From positions 16,517-80,516 of the IMG/VR virus record IMGVR_UViG_3300044858_001565: DNA of 64,000 nucleotides. One strand, given 5' to 3'. The notes under the pieces were generated by a model. That model was given only the letters and a program-made list of their open reading frames with translations. It did no database searches and was not told the DNA's origin. Positions 1 through 10,196 of the stretch are shown here, one piece after another. Every line of letters starts with the position of its first letter. Position 1 is the stretch's first letter. The position numbers and the translations under genes were made by a program. The stretch comes from a virus.

Positions 1-2
1 TC

Positions 3-464
3 GGGAGCGCAGGCTCCCGCAAAATCAATGATGGACCATCCTCCGGTTGCACTTTGGGTGGCAGTCCACCCGCGTGTCCATTCAGGATTGAAGAAAATCC
101 ACGGTCCTCCGTAGATGTGGAATGTCTCGCTGTTACCGTTGCCCCAGTTTGAAGTTGTATGATTGGTGCTTTGGCGTTCCACCAAAAGACCAAGAGTCAC
201 GCCAGAGGTACGCCCGTATTCAATACGAAGAGCACCTGAGTTTGATCGTAGAGTCCCTGTGCTGTCCGTATATGAACCCAATGACATACGATCAATATTT
301 ACTTTGCTATAGTATGATCCCGTGGTGAAATCGTATTCCACGAACCGTCCTTGGTTCATTGCGTCAAGGTATTCTGCACGGGGGCGGAATATACCATCGT
401 TGCCAACACGCTTGTCTACGCCGATGAATCCACGATTGAGAGAATTGTTCCTGTTTACTGCCAT
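3..464 (-). CDS. Virion/fibre-associated protein, truncated at window edge
   Basis: Not in ORF track. ATG at 464 gives an open frame to the edge: MAVNRNNSLNRGFIGVDKR...LRIEYGRTSGVTLGLLVERQSTN; the GLLxE..TN motif is typical of phage spike/fibre proteins. Confidence 0.6.
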   Translation of the reverse strand, partial: MAVNRNNSLNRGFIGVDKRVGNDGIFRPRAEYLDAMNQGRFVEYDFTTGSYYSKVNIDRMSLGSYTDSTGTLRSNSGALRIEYGRTSGVTLGLLVERQSTNHTTSNWGNGNSETFHIYGGPWIFFNPEWTRGWTATQSATGGWSIIDFAGACAP

Positions 465-471
465 AGTGTCC

Positions 472-3400
472 TCACATGAACCAGCCTCTGGCGTTGCTCT
501 TGGTTTCCAGAGCGACGGTTCCGCTTTCGTTTGGAAGGGTTATGGTCTTGTCGCTCCCTGATGGATTAGCCGTTAGTGTGGTGTAACGAATCGGAAAAGA
601 GGTTCCAGTGAATTCCAAAGCGACTGGTGTGTAATCTTCTCCATTAGCAGATTTTGTCCCGAGAACCAGATCAGAGCCATTGACAGTGACTGAACCGTCA
701 GCATTTCCAGTTCCAGCATTCAAAAGCAACTCTGCATAGGTGCCTAGTCCAATTCCTCCACTAGGATTAGACGAATACAGACCAATGTTTCCAGAAGCAT
801 AAACATTTAAAGGGCAATTTCCAGCAAAACCAGAGGTTGTTCCTGTGTATACATTAAAAATAGAGTTGTTCAACAGATTCAGCGGTCCCCCGCGAACGGT
901 GAGTGGAGCGCCGCTTGCAGAGCCAAGCGTGGTTCCGCGATCCACGATCAAGCCTCCAGCATTGTCTATGTTGGATGATACTCTGGTCTGCCGCAATCCG
1001 TATTCAAAAACCACTCCTTGTGGTGCGCCAAATGTGGTTCCTCCTCCGTTTACATACAGTCCACCACTATTGATGGTCTGCAAGCCATTGAATGTGTTCG
1101 CACCAAGCGATGCACCCGTGACCGCACCAGTGGCTCCGTTGAATGACAGGACACCACTATTCGTGATTGTAACCGTACCAGTATTTGCATTTACGCTGAT
1201 GCCAGTTCCCGCAACCGCTCGGGTGACACCAGCATTGGTGATGGTAACGGAACCAGTGGCACCTGAAACAGTTATGCCGTCACCGGCAACAGCAGCAGAG
1301 ACACCTTGAACTGAACCAGTGCGCCCGTTGAAAGCAGTGACTGTATCAGCAACTATTTCATTCTGAACGAAAGCAGTAGTAGCAATCTGTGTTGTATTGG
1401 TTCCAACAGCAGCAGTGGTTGATGCAGGAGTTCCGGTGAAGGTTGGAGATGCTAGCAGTGCATAACTGGCAGCAGCAACACCACCCAATTGAGAAGCATT
1501 GGTTGCACTTGTGGCATTTCCAGTCAATGGACCGCTAAAGCCCGTAGCCGATGTCTGTAGACCTGTGAAGGTGTTTGCTGATCCTAGTTGTGCCCACCCA
1601 CTGGCAGCGGTATTTCCTAGAGCAGACGAATTGGAAGCAGTTCCCGTCAACGAAGCAGTAATAGTACCAGCAGAGAAGTTTCCGCTGGCATCACGGAATA
1701 CTATTGTGGAAGCAGTGTTTGCATTGGTTGCGTTTGATGTAACAGTGAATGTAGCGGCACTGGATTGATTGGCAGTAAATGTCTGAGTACCAGAAATTCC
1801 GTTGCCGCTGGTGTTCATCGTCAGGGTTCCATTGTTCACCGTTGGAACAGTCGCATTTATTGTGACTGCACCCGTTCCGCCTGTGGGGGAGATGGTGACA
1901 TTGGAACCAGCGACGATTGAACCCACACCTGATATAGCACCAGTGCTGCCGTTGAATGACTGCACACCATTATTTGTTACTGTTACAGCACCTGTGCTTG
2001 CATTGACTCCAATACCAGTTCCTGCTGCAAGACTGGTGACACCGCTATTGGTTATGGTAACCGTACCAGTGTTTGCGTTTACACTGATGCCAGTGCCAGC
2101 AACCGCTCGGGTGACACCAGCATTGGTGATGGTTACAGAACCAGTGGCACCTGATACGGTTATGCCGTCACCAGCAACGGCAGCAGAAACACCCTGTACC
2201 GCACCCGTGCGACCGTTGAATGAGGTTACGGTGTCGGCAATAATCTCGTTCTGAACAAATGCGGTGGTAGCAATCTGTGTGGTATTGGTGCCAACGGCGG
2301 CAGTGGTTGATGCAGGAGTCCCCGTAAAGGTTGGGGATGCTAGCAATGCATAGTTGGCAGCAGCAACACCACCCAATTGGGTGGAATTGGTTGCGGTGGT
2401 GGCAGTGGTTGCGTTTCCAGTCAACGGACCACTAAAACCTGTAGCCGATGTCTGTAGACCAGTGAATGTATTTGCTGCCGCGAGTTGTGCCCATCCACTA
2501 GCAGCAGTATTTCCCAAAGCAGACGCATTTGATGCGGTTCCAGTCAGTGCAGCAGTAATAGTTCCTGCGGAGAAGTTGCCACTGGCATTGCGGAACACAA
2601 TGGTGGAAGCGGTGTTTGCATCAGTGGCATTGGATGCCACTGTGAATGTAGCGGCACTGGATTGATTTGCGGTGAATGTTTGAGTACCAGAAATCCCGTT
2701 GCCACTGGTGTTCATCGTCAGGGTTCCATTGTTCACCGTTGGAACCGTTGCGTTGATGGTAACAGCACCCGTGCCACCTGTGGGTGAGATGGTGACATTT
2801 GAACCAGCGACGATTGAGCCTACGCCAGTGATTGCACCAGTGCTGCCGTTGAAAGACTGAACTCCATTGTTGGTGACAGTAACAGCACCAGTGCTTGCAT
2901 TTACGCCGACGCCGGTTCCTGCTGCAAGACTAGTGACACCGCTATTGGTTATGGTAACCGTACCAGTATTTGCGTTTACACTGATGCCCGTGCCAGCAAC
3001 GGCTCGGGTGACACCAGCATTGGTGATGGTTACAGAACCAGTGGCACCTGATACGGTTATGCCGTCACCTGCCACTGCTGCCGATACACCTTGTACCGAA
3101 CCAGTGCGTCCATTGAACGCGGTTACGGTGTCGGCAACAATCTCGTTCTGAACGAAAGCAGTGGTGGCAATCTGTGTGGTGTTGGTTCCAACAGCAGCGG
3201 TGGTTGATGCAGGAGTTCCCGTAAAGGTTGGTGATGCAAGGAGTGCCCAAGAAGCGGCGGCTGTTCCACCCAATTGGGTGGAATTGGTTGCGGTGGCTGC
3301 GTTACCTGTGATGCTGATGCCCCAAGTGCCGCTAGCGCCTCCGCCAGTGGTTCCTGCCTTGTTCGCAAGAGAATTGGTTATGGTTGTGGAGAAGTTTGCG

Positions 3401-5745
3401 TCGTTTCCTAGAGCAGCAGCCAGTTCATTCAGTGTGTCTAGTGCAGCGGGCGCAGCATTCACCAAATTTGTAATTTCAGTTCTAACAAATTGAGTGGTGG
3501 CAACCTGTGTGGTATTGGTTCCTGATGTGGCAGTAGGTGCTGTGGGTGTTCCTGTGAGGCTTGGAGACACCAAAGTAATTCCAGCAGCAGCAGAAATGCC
3601 GCCAGTAAAGGTTTGCAGAGCAGTGAATGTATTCGCTGTTCCTGTTCCGACTGCACCGATTTCACCAAGAGTCCATGAAACATCTGCGCTGCCGTTCACT
3701 GACTTTCCAGTGGAACCAATGGTTATGGTTCTGCTCGTTCCCCAGTTCGCTGTGGTAATGTCGGCGGAACCATTGAAAGCGGTTCCGTTGATGTTTCTAG
3801 CGGTCTGTAGGGTGGTTGCAGTGGTGGCATTTCCTGTTACAGCACCTGTAATAGGACCACTGAATCCAGTTGCTGATGTCTGTAGACCCGTGAAGGTGTT
3901 TGCACCTAGAGATGCACCCGTGACCGCACCGGCGTTCCCGTTGAACGACAGGACACCAGTATTTGAAATGGTCACAGAACCAGTTGCAGCCGATACTGAA
4001 ATTCCACTGCCTGCCACTGCTGCCGATACACCTTGTACAGAACCAGTGCGACCATTGAAAGCGGTCACTGTGTCAGCAACAATTTCATTCTGAACGAAAG
4101 CAGTAGTTGCTATTTGTGTGGTATTGGTTCCAACAGCAGCAGTGGTTGATGCAGGAGTCCCCGTAAAGGTTGGTGATGCTAGCAGTGCGTAACTAGCAGC
4201 AGCAACCCCACCCAATTGTGTGGAATTGGTTGCGGTTGTGGCATTTCCTGTGAGAGGACCACTGAAACCCGTAGCCGATGTTTGTAGACCTGTAAATGTA
4301 TTCGCGCCAAGAGATGCACCCGTCACTGCACCAGTGGCTCCGTTGAAGGACTGAACACCTATGTTCGTGACGGTCACGGCACCAGTTCCCGCACTGACGG
4401 CAACACCCGTTCCTGCGGCAAGACTTGTGACACCACTGTTTGTGATAGTAACTGTACCAGTGTTAGCCGAAACGGAAATTCCTGTGCCAGCAACCGCTCG
4501 GGTGACACCCGCATTTGTAATAGTTACTGCGCCAGTAGCACCAGAAACGCTTATGCCGTCGCCTGCTACCGCTGCTGATACTCCCTGAACTGAACCAGTT
4601 CTACCATTGAACGAGGTGACCGTATCCGCAACAATTTCGTTTTGAACAAATGCAGTAGTGGCAATCTGTGTGGTGTTGGTTCCAACGGCGGCAGTGGTTG
4701 ATGCAGGGGTTCCCGTGAAAGTGGGAGATGCCAGTAGTGCGTAACTGGCGGCGGCAACGCCTCCCAACTGAGTTGAGTTGGTTGCTGTAGTGGCAGTGGT
4801 TGCGTTTCCAGTAAGAGGACCGCTGAAACCAGTAGCCGATGTCTGTAGACCTGTGAATGTATTTGCACCAAGGGATGCGCCTGTGACTGCACCTGTTCTT
4901 CCATTGAAAGATGTAACTATGCCATCAGATACTATTGCAGTTTTTAGATTTGTAAACGAAATGAATCCACTGGTCAGTCCAGGATCTGATCCACACGCTC
5001 CTTGAAAGCCATTGAGATTAAATTGTGGAAGTGCTGAAGTTGCATCTCCAGCACCAAATCCTGTTGGTGGTCCTTCTGTGTTTATTTCCGTGTACAATGC
5101 AACCTTCAGGGCAGGAAGGTTTGCAAGGTACATTGAATTGGGCGTTCCGCTCTGTTGAAATGCAATCCAGTCTTCCGGACCTATCTTTTTCGACGGCATC
5201 GTTGAGCCACCGAACAGGTAATTTAGATTGATGTGAAATGTGTTTCCCGCCGGAGACATGGGGAATGTTATTCCAAGACCGGCAGACAATCCAACTGTGC
5301 CGGTTTTTCCGTTTACAGATGAAACAAGAGTGGTAATTCGTGTTCCGTTTAGGGTGATTCCTGAAGTAGAGATGCCGAGTGGAGTATTAACATATGCATT
5401 TCCAAATTGCACATAAGGACTTGTCAGAGCATCAATAGAGTCAACTCCAATGTTTGCGTAGAAAAACGCACTAGTGTCAAATTGTGCTTGACCAGAAACG
5501 AGAATACTTTCATTGAAAGTTGCCGATTCATCGAAATACACAGGCTGAAGGAAGGCTGCTCTTCCGGTGAATGTGTTTCCAGCACCAAGACCAACCAACT
5601 CAAGGGTGTTAGCAGTGCTGCCAATGAACATTCGATTCTGAACAAGGTTGACAGCCAATTCACCTGTAGTAAGACCAGATGCTCCATCAAATGTGGGAAT
5701 TCCACCTGCTCCATTGGTGCTGTATTTGATCTTGATTTTTGCCAT
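472..5745 (-). CDS. Long tail fibre protein (1757 aa) with internal tandem modules
   Basis: G/T/A/S-rich; repeated ASPTFTGTP...TNTTQIATTAFV, VTSFNGRTG and APAALDTLNELAAALGND fibre motifs; N-terminal IKIKYS...GELAVN. Confidence 0.85.
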   Translation of the reverse strand: MAKIKIKYSTNGAGGIPTFDGASGLTTGELAVNLVQNRMFIGSTANTLELVGLGAGNTFTGRAAFLQPVYFDESATFNESILVSGQAQFDTSAFFYANIGVDSIDALTSPYVQFGNAYVNTPLGISTSGITLNGTRITTLVSSVNGKTGTVGLSAGLGITFPMSPAGNTFHINLNYLFGGSTMPSKKIGPEDWIAFQQSGTPNSMYLANLPALKVALYTEINTEGPPTGFGAGDATSALPQFNLNGFQGACGSDPGLTSGFISFTNLKTAIVSDGIVTSFNGRTGAVTGASLGANTFTGLQTSATGFSGPLTGNATTATTATNSTQLGGVAAASYALLASPTFTGTPASTTAAVGTNTTQIATTAFVQNEIVADTVTSFNGRTGSVQGVSAAVAGDGISVSGATGAVTITNAGVTRAVAGTGISVSANTGTVTITNSGVTSLAAGTGVAVSAGTGAVTVTNIGVQSFNGATGAVTGASLGANTFTGLQTSATGFSGPLTGNATTATNSTQLGGVAAASYALLASPTFTGTPASTTAAVGTNTTQIATTAFVQNEIVADTVTAFNGRTGSVQGVSAAVAGSGISVSAATGSVTISNTGVLSFNGNAGAVTGASLGANTFTGLQTSATGFSGPITGAVTGNATTATTLQTARNINGTAFNGSADITTANWGTSRTITIGSTGKSVNGSADVSWTLGEIGAVGTGTANTFTALQTFTGGISAAAGITLVSPSLTGTPTAPTATSGTNTTQVATTQFVRTEITNLVNAAPAALDTLNELAAALGNDANFSTTITNSLANKAGTTGGGASGTWGISITGNAATATNSTQLGGTAAASWALLASPTFTGTPASTTAAVGTNTTQIATTAFVQNEIVADTVTAFNGRTGSVQGVSAAVAGDGITVSGATGSVTITNAGVTRAVAGTGISVNANTGTVTITNSGVTSLAAGTGVGVNASTGAVTVTNNGVQSFNGSTGAITGVGSIVAGSNVTISPTGGTGAVTINATVPTVNNGTLTMNTSGNGISGTQTFTANQSSAATFTVASNATDANTASTIVFRNASGNFSAGTITAALTGTASNASALGNTAASGWAQLAAANTFTGLQTSATGFSGPLTGNATTATTATNSTQLGGVAAANYALLASPTFTGTPASTTAAVGTNTTQIATTAFVQNEIIADTVTSFNGRTGAVQGVSAAVAGDGITVSGATGSVTITNAGVTRAVAGTGISVNANTGTVTITNSGVTSLAAGTGIGVNASTGAVTVTNNGVQSFNGSTGAISGVGSIVAGSNVTISPTGGTGAVTINATVPTVNNGTLTMNTSGNGISGTQTFTANQSSAATFTVTSNATNANTASTIVFRDASGNFSAGTITASLTGTASNSSALGNTAASGWAQLGSANTFTGLQTSATGFSGPLTGNATSATNASQLGGVAAASYALLASPTFTGTPASTTAAVGTNTTQIATTAFVQNEIVADTVTAFNGRTGSVQGVSAAVAGDGITVSGATGSVTITNAGVTRAVAGTGISVNANTGTVTITNSGVLSFNGATGAVTGASLGANTFNGLQTINSGGLYVNGGGTTFGAPQGVVFEYGLRQTRVSSNIDNAGGLIVDRGTTLGSASGAPLTVRGGPLNLLNNSIFNVYTGTTSGFAGNCPLNVYASGNIGLYSSNPSGGIGLGTYAELLLNAGTGNADGSVTVNGSDLVLGTKSANGEDYTPVALEFTGTSFPIRYTTLTANPSGSDKTITLPNESGTVALETKSNARGWFM
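1080..4920 (-). repeat. Intragenic direct repeats: five copies of a fibre module, including an ~0.9 kb near-duplication
   Basis: NSTQLGGxAAAxYALLASPTFTGTPASTTAAVGTNTTQIATTAFVQNEIVADTVTxFNGRTG occurs 5 times; VGSIVAGSNVTISPTGGTGAVTINATVPTVNNGTLTMNTSGNG occurs twice. Confidence 0.9.
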
Positions 5746-5755
5746 AGTGTATCAG

Positions 5756-5762
5756 TATTTAG
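5756..5762 (-). promoter_or_regulatory. T4-type late promoter (CTAAATA)
   Basis: TATTTAG on + strand, 10 nt before the ATG of the long fibre; resembles the gp55-dependent TATAAATA. Confidence 0.65.
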
Positions 5763-5769
5763 CGACAGA

Positions 5770-5991
5770 TTAGTAGACCTGTCCGTCCAAATGAGGCTCT
5801 TCACGCTTTTTGCGCTTGGACTGTGATTCTATTTTGGATTGCAGTTCTTCTATTTGCTTGTGTAGAAAAGCATTCCGTTCCCGTTCTATGAACAGGTTTG
5901 CTTCAAGGATCAGATTCTGATTTGTAAGTTCTCTAAACTTGTTTTGTAAAAAAGGAATGACAACAGTTTCATTGTAATTAGGTTCACTCAT
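5770..5991 (-). CDS. Small coiled-coil protein in fibre cluster
   Basis: 73 aa, heptad-like, SD-like AAGGAG upstream, ends HLDGQVY. Confidence 0.6.
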   Translation of the reverse strand: MSEPNYNETVVIPFLQNKFRELTNQNLILEANLFIERERNAFLHKQIEELQSKIESQSKRKKREEPHLDGQVY

Positions 5992-6008
5992 GGGGATTCT
6001 CCTTTAGA

Positions 6009-8036
6009 TCAAGACCAGACACCACCGTCTATGGTGGCTTCAATTTGTGTGCAACTCAAAATATTTGTATTCGCATTAAATGTTATTCCAGAAGCCTTGT
6101 CAATCCACAGGTCTAGTGCGTCACCAGCATCAGCCACAAAAGTAAGGAACATTTCTCCATTAGTGGTGTTTCTGTCCTGAACTTTAACTTTGTTTGCCGT
6201 TCCTACGGTGAGTCCCGTTGGAGAAGTAAAAACAGGAACTCCAGAAGCATTGGCAAGCAGAATTTGTCCATTCGTACCAGCAGCGGTTGCAGTAAGACTA
6301 GTGGCTGTCTTATAAATTACTCCATTTGTTGCAACCCCACTTATGTCTGCTCCTGCACCACCGTAAGCAAGACCAATCGCGGTTGCGTTCCATGTTCCGT
6401 TGGTAACGGTTCCCACGGATGCCAGGCTTGATCCAACAACTCCACTTCCAAGGAATGTTGATGCAAGAGCAGTGGCTCCATTTATTCTGTATGCATAACC
6501 AGAATCTAAATTGAAGTGCTGATTGCTTGTCCAAGCACCACCATTATCGTTTTTCCACAGGAGTGTTTTCTGTGTAGGATTTCCTGTTGTGTTTACTGCA
6601 ATACCTGACCCATCCATTGCAGAATCAGTACCGGTAGAGCCACCTCCAATTCCGTTGTTTCCAAGTTCAAAAATCTTGTCGTCTATCTGAACATTGGTTG
6701 AATTTATTGTGGTCTGTGTTCCGTTTACAAACAGGTTTCCACTGACAGTAAGAGTAGCACCTATGGTAGCATTTCCAACTGTATCAAAAGTGGTGTTTCC
6801 TGCACTGCCAATAATAGTCAGTGTTTCGTTAACAGCAACTTTACCGTTGAAAGTAATTCCGCCAGCAGCAGACAGTCCTGCGGTGAGGGTTTGCAGACCA
6901 GTGAATGTGTTTGCACCAAGAGATGCGCCTGTGGCATTTAGTGTGATTGCTGCCGATCCATTGTAGGGACCACCTGATAGGAGGTGACCAGCAGACAGGT
7001 TTGCAAGGTCACTGCCCAGTGCAATACCAGAAATGGTTGAATTGGCTAGTTTGGTATTCGCTATTGAACCAGTGGGAATTGTGGTGGTCAGAGTGACATT
7101 TGCAGTACCATCAAAGTTGACTGCTGGAGCCGTAATATCACCAGAAAGCGAGAACCCTCTGGGTGTATTTAGAGCGGTTGCAGTAGAAGCATTTCCTGTC
7201 AGGCTGCCAGTGAATGTAGCGGCACGAACCGCGCCTGCAAAATCAACTGCTCGTTCAAATGTGGTTCCCACACGAACATACATTACTCCCTGTGTTCCGC
7301 CTGGCAGAACTCCTCCGCTCGGACCAATCAGCACATTCCCATTGAAACCGGCATTGGTCAGAACAGCAAAGGAAATTCCCTGACCAAGAGATGTGCCAGC
7401 AGGAATATTTGCTAGTGGATATGTTACTCCACCCAAAGTTCCAAATATGTTTTCTGTATGCAATCGTGCGTAACTGGCACCCGAAATACCTGCAAGATTC
7501 CACGAATCGTTTGCAATTCCGTTTAGATTGCCAGTAAATGTGGTGGCAGTTACAGATCCACCAAATGTGGCATTTCCATTAAGAGACAACCCATTCATTC
7601 CATAGACAAGACCCGCAAATGTGGCACCATTAGACACCCACAGATTAGATGTGGTGATTCCTTGCAGTGCGTTCACAAGTCTGGTGAATGTCGCACCAGC
7701 AGCGGATATTCCCGTGACAAACTCTGATCCTGTTGCTGAACCAGACGCAAACTCTACGAGATCACCGTTACCTGTTCCACCACGATACCAATACACATAT
7801 GCCTGAGTGACACCACCTGGAACTCCTGGTGTGCTGTTTGCAACAATTATTACCTTTTGACCAATGTAACGAACACCGGGAACAATCAAGCCATTTACTA
7901 GTGCAACACCAGCGGCGGTTGTTCCAAGCGGATCTTCCCACGGACCCAGATACGCATCTGCTGGTCGTGGAACGAGAACCTTGAAACCCTTTGCGGGTTC
8001 ATTGTTTGCTTGGAATGCAGAGTATCCTATAGGCAT
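6009..8036 (-). CDS. Tail fibre-like virion protein
   Basis: G/T/A-rich; GNLFVNGTQTTINST..IDDKIFELG fibre motif; ends IDGGVWS. Confidence 0.75.
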   Translation of the reverse strand: MPIGYSAFQANNEPAKGFKVLVPRPADAYLGPWEDPLGTTAAGVALVNGLIVPGVRYIGQKVIIVANSTPGVPGGVTQAYVYWYRGGTGNGDLVEFASGSATGSEFVTGISAAGATFTRLVNALQGITTSNLWVSNGATFAGLVYGMNGLSLNGNATFGGSVTATTFTGNLNGIANDSWNLAGISGASYARLHTENIFGTLGGVTYPLANIPAGTSLGQGISFAVLTNAGFNGNVLIGPSGGVLPGGTQGVMYVRVGTTFERAVDFAGAVRAATFTGSLTGNASTATALNTPRGFSLSGDITAPAVNFDGTANVTLTTTIPTGSIANTKLANSTISGIALGSDLANLSAGHLLSGGPYNGSAAITLNATGASLGANTFTGLQTLTAGLSAAGGITFNGKVAVNETLTIIGSAGNTTFDTVGNATIGATLTVSGNLFVNGTQTTINSTNVQIDDKIFELGNNGIGGGSTGTDSAMDGSGIAVNTTGNPTQKTLLWKNDNGGAWTSNQHFNLDSGYAYRINGATALASTFLGSGVVGSSLASVGTVTNGTWNATAIGLAYGGAGADISGVATNGVIYKTATSLTATAAGTNGQILLANASGVPVFTSPTGLTVGTANKVKVQDRNTTNGEMFLTFVADAGDALDLWIDKASGITFNANTNILSCTQIEATIDGGVWS

Positions 8037-8055
8037 ATGTCCTCTTCCTACTTAA

Positions 8056-9744
8056 TCAGGGTGCCGATGTTTCATCCGACCAAATCGTTCCATTGAATGC
8101 GACAACTAGGTTTTGATTGCCTCCATAAGCACTACCAAGAGTCATACTGTAAATAACATAACCATGAGCCACGCCTGATACATCATCAGCCTGAGCCAAT
8201 GATATTTGATTAAACGAGTCGTTTTCTTGAACAGAATTTCCAAATAGAGTTTCATTACCAGCGTCTATATTCACCACTCCTTTGATAGACTGGTTTTTAT
8301 CATTTAGGGTTAGACCTCGTGGAAGGGCTATGACAAATGTTGAGTATTGCGTTCCTGATGCCATATTAAAGGTTGATCCAGCAACCCCCGCTGCAATCGC
8401 GGTACCAGAAGTTGGTCCCAAGAACGAATTTGGAAGACTTCTTACAGCGGCAGAGGTGGTTGGAACGCTTGCTGTTGGTCCATAGAAAATTCTCTTTCGG
8501 AACGACACATATGTGTTTGTTCCGTCTGCAAGCATCTGTATACCGTTTCCAGTGTTTGCAGTCAGACCTTCTTTTGCGAAGAATCGGAACATCATTGAGG
8601 TAAGACCAGCAGCAGGATTTACGGGATTGTTCACCGTAAATGTTGTTCCTGTTGATCCCACATTTGGAGTAACCAAAACAAAGTTTACTCCGTTTTCAGT
8701 ATGAGTAGTGCTGTACCAGTTTGTGCCGTTGTTTGGCGAGTACTGCATTCCCACTTCTGCAATATTGTGGTATGTAGTACTCATGTTGGGTCCAACAGCA
8801 ATGGTCACATTTACACTTGTGCCTGTGTTTCCGCGTTCTCTCCGTCTTCCAATTTCTCCTATATGGACACCCGTGAGGGTGGTTGTCCCCGTAACTCCAG
8901 TTGCACTTACTGTTGCGGTGGGATTAGCGAATGTCTGTGGCTGTATTGTGGTGTAGGTAAGTGTAAATCCAGTTGGCTGACCAGAATTGTCCTTGACTGT
9001 ATATCTGTAGTGGTATGGAGTGGTTATCCACTGCGTGATGTTTGCCGTATGGGTTGCACTTGCGGTGTATCCTCCTCCATTTACGCTCGGAAACTCTGCA
9101 AATGGAGCGGATGTATCGTGGAATGGAGATCCGCTGATGGAAGTTGTTGACCACCCACCAGGATTGGCAATAGCGGCGGCAAGACTGGCGGCTTGTTGCC
9201 ATTCAAGTGTTGATCCATTAGCAGTATATCCTGGAGTGAGCAAGTTATAACTAAAAGTCAATCCGAGAGAGACATTTCCCTGAACTCCATACAAAATTGT
9301 GTTTGCCTGTGTATGCGAAGTGAGATGTATTCTCATGGTAATATACTCTACCAACGCGTCCAAAATTACTTCAATTGGACTCTTTCCCGCTGATAGTATT
9401 GTTTCTCCTGTCCTAAATCTTCCAAAACTTTTATTATCACTCAGGTTTAGTGTCACATTGGATGTGAAAAGAGTGGCACCAGCAATGGCAGCAGCAAGAT
9501 CGTATATGCCTTTGACGGTGCTGAGAGTTGCAGCGGCAGTAATGCCTGTGGGACCGCCCTGAATGTTCAGCAGATTTCCGTTTGTGATGCCTGCTCCGAC
9601 CCATACAGAGCCGCCATCTGCATTTCCAATGTACACTCTGTTTGCAAAAGTGCCACCAGTCTGACCCATGAAAGCAAATTCACCAAAGGTCAATCCGCTT
9701 GGGACTGTAGTGGTTGTGGTGCGCTTGATCCTAATAATTGCCAT
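8056..9744 (-). CDS. Virion structural/fibre-associated protein
   Basis: N-terminal MAIIRIKRT...LTFGEFA...VYIG attachment-type domain; T/G-rich. Confidence 0.65.
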   Translation of the reverse strand: MAIIRIKRTTTTTVPSGLTFGEFAFMGQTGGTFANRVYIGNADGGSVWVGAGITNGNLLNIQGGPTGITAAATLSTVKGIYDLAAAIAGATLFTSNVTLNLSDNKSFGRFRTGETILSAGKSPIEVILDALVEYITMRIHLTSHTQANTILYGVQGNVSLGLTFSYNLLTPGYTANGSTLEWQQAASLAAAIANPGGWSTTSISGSPFHDTSAPFAEFPSVNGGGYTASATHTANITQWITTPYHYRYTVKDNSGQPTGFTLTYTTIQPQTFANPTATVSATGVTGTTTLTGVHIGEIGRRRERGNTGTSVNVTIAVGPNMSTTYHNIAEVGMQYSPNNGTNWYSTTHTENGVNFVLVTPNVGSTGTTFTVNNPVNPAAGLTSMMFRFFAKEGLTANTGNGIQMLADGTNTYVSFRKRIFYGPTASVPTTSAAVRSLPNSFLGPTSGTAIAAGVAGSTFNMASGTQYSTFVIALPRGLTLNDKNQSIKGVVNIDAGNETLFGNSVQENDSFNQISLAQADDVSGVAHGYVIYSMTLGSAYGGNQNLVVAFNGTIWSDETSAP

Positions 9745-9746
9745 TT

Positions 9747-10196
9747 TTAGAACTCTCCTCCGTCAAGGGATACATCCGTTATTGGTTCCACAGTACCGTC
9801 TAGTGTGAATCCACTGAAGCCTGTCTTGGAAACAATCACACCATCCACGAGCAGTTTTCCTGTGATATTTATATCACCAACCACTCCCAGAGTGCTTGAG
9901 AGAGTCACCCCCGAAGGGCTTCCGCTAAAGGTGTTTCCATTAACATTGAAATATTGAGCAGTGAGGGTGTCTGTTACAGTCACATTGTCGGGCAACCCTA
10001 TGGTGTAGGTGTTGCCGCTGGCTGTGATCTCTATTTCATTTTCCGTTCCAACCAGTGCAGCACCACCCGATGCACCGCTTGCACCTATTACAGTAAAGGT
10101 GTACGACTCCCACCCCTCGCCGTTCCACCGCCAGGTCTTGCCGTAGGCAGTGTAGAGTTGATTGGAAACCGGTGAGTTGGGAAAGTTCAGGGGCAT
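9747..10196 (-). CDS. Small fibre-associated protein
   Basis: MPLNFPNSP...KTWRWNGEGW motif; GTENEIEITASG..TIGLPDNVTV; ends LDGGEF. Confidence 0.65.
   Translation of the reverse strand: MPLNFPNSPVSNQLYTAYGKTWRWNGEGWESYTFTVIGASGASGGAALVGTENEIEITASGNTYTIGLPDNVTVTDTLTAQYFNVNGNTFSGSPSGVTLSSTLGVVGDINITGKLLVDGVIVSKTGFSGFTLDGTVEPITDVSLDGGEF

Noticed and set aside
472-9744. Diversity-generating retroelement or invertible fibre cassette
   Set aside because: No reverse transcriptase or invertase in the window; repeat differences are mainly synonymous rather than adenine-specific
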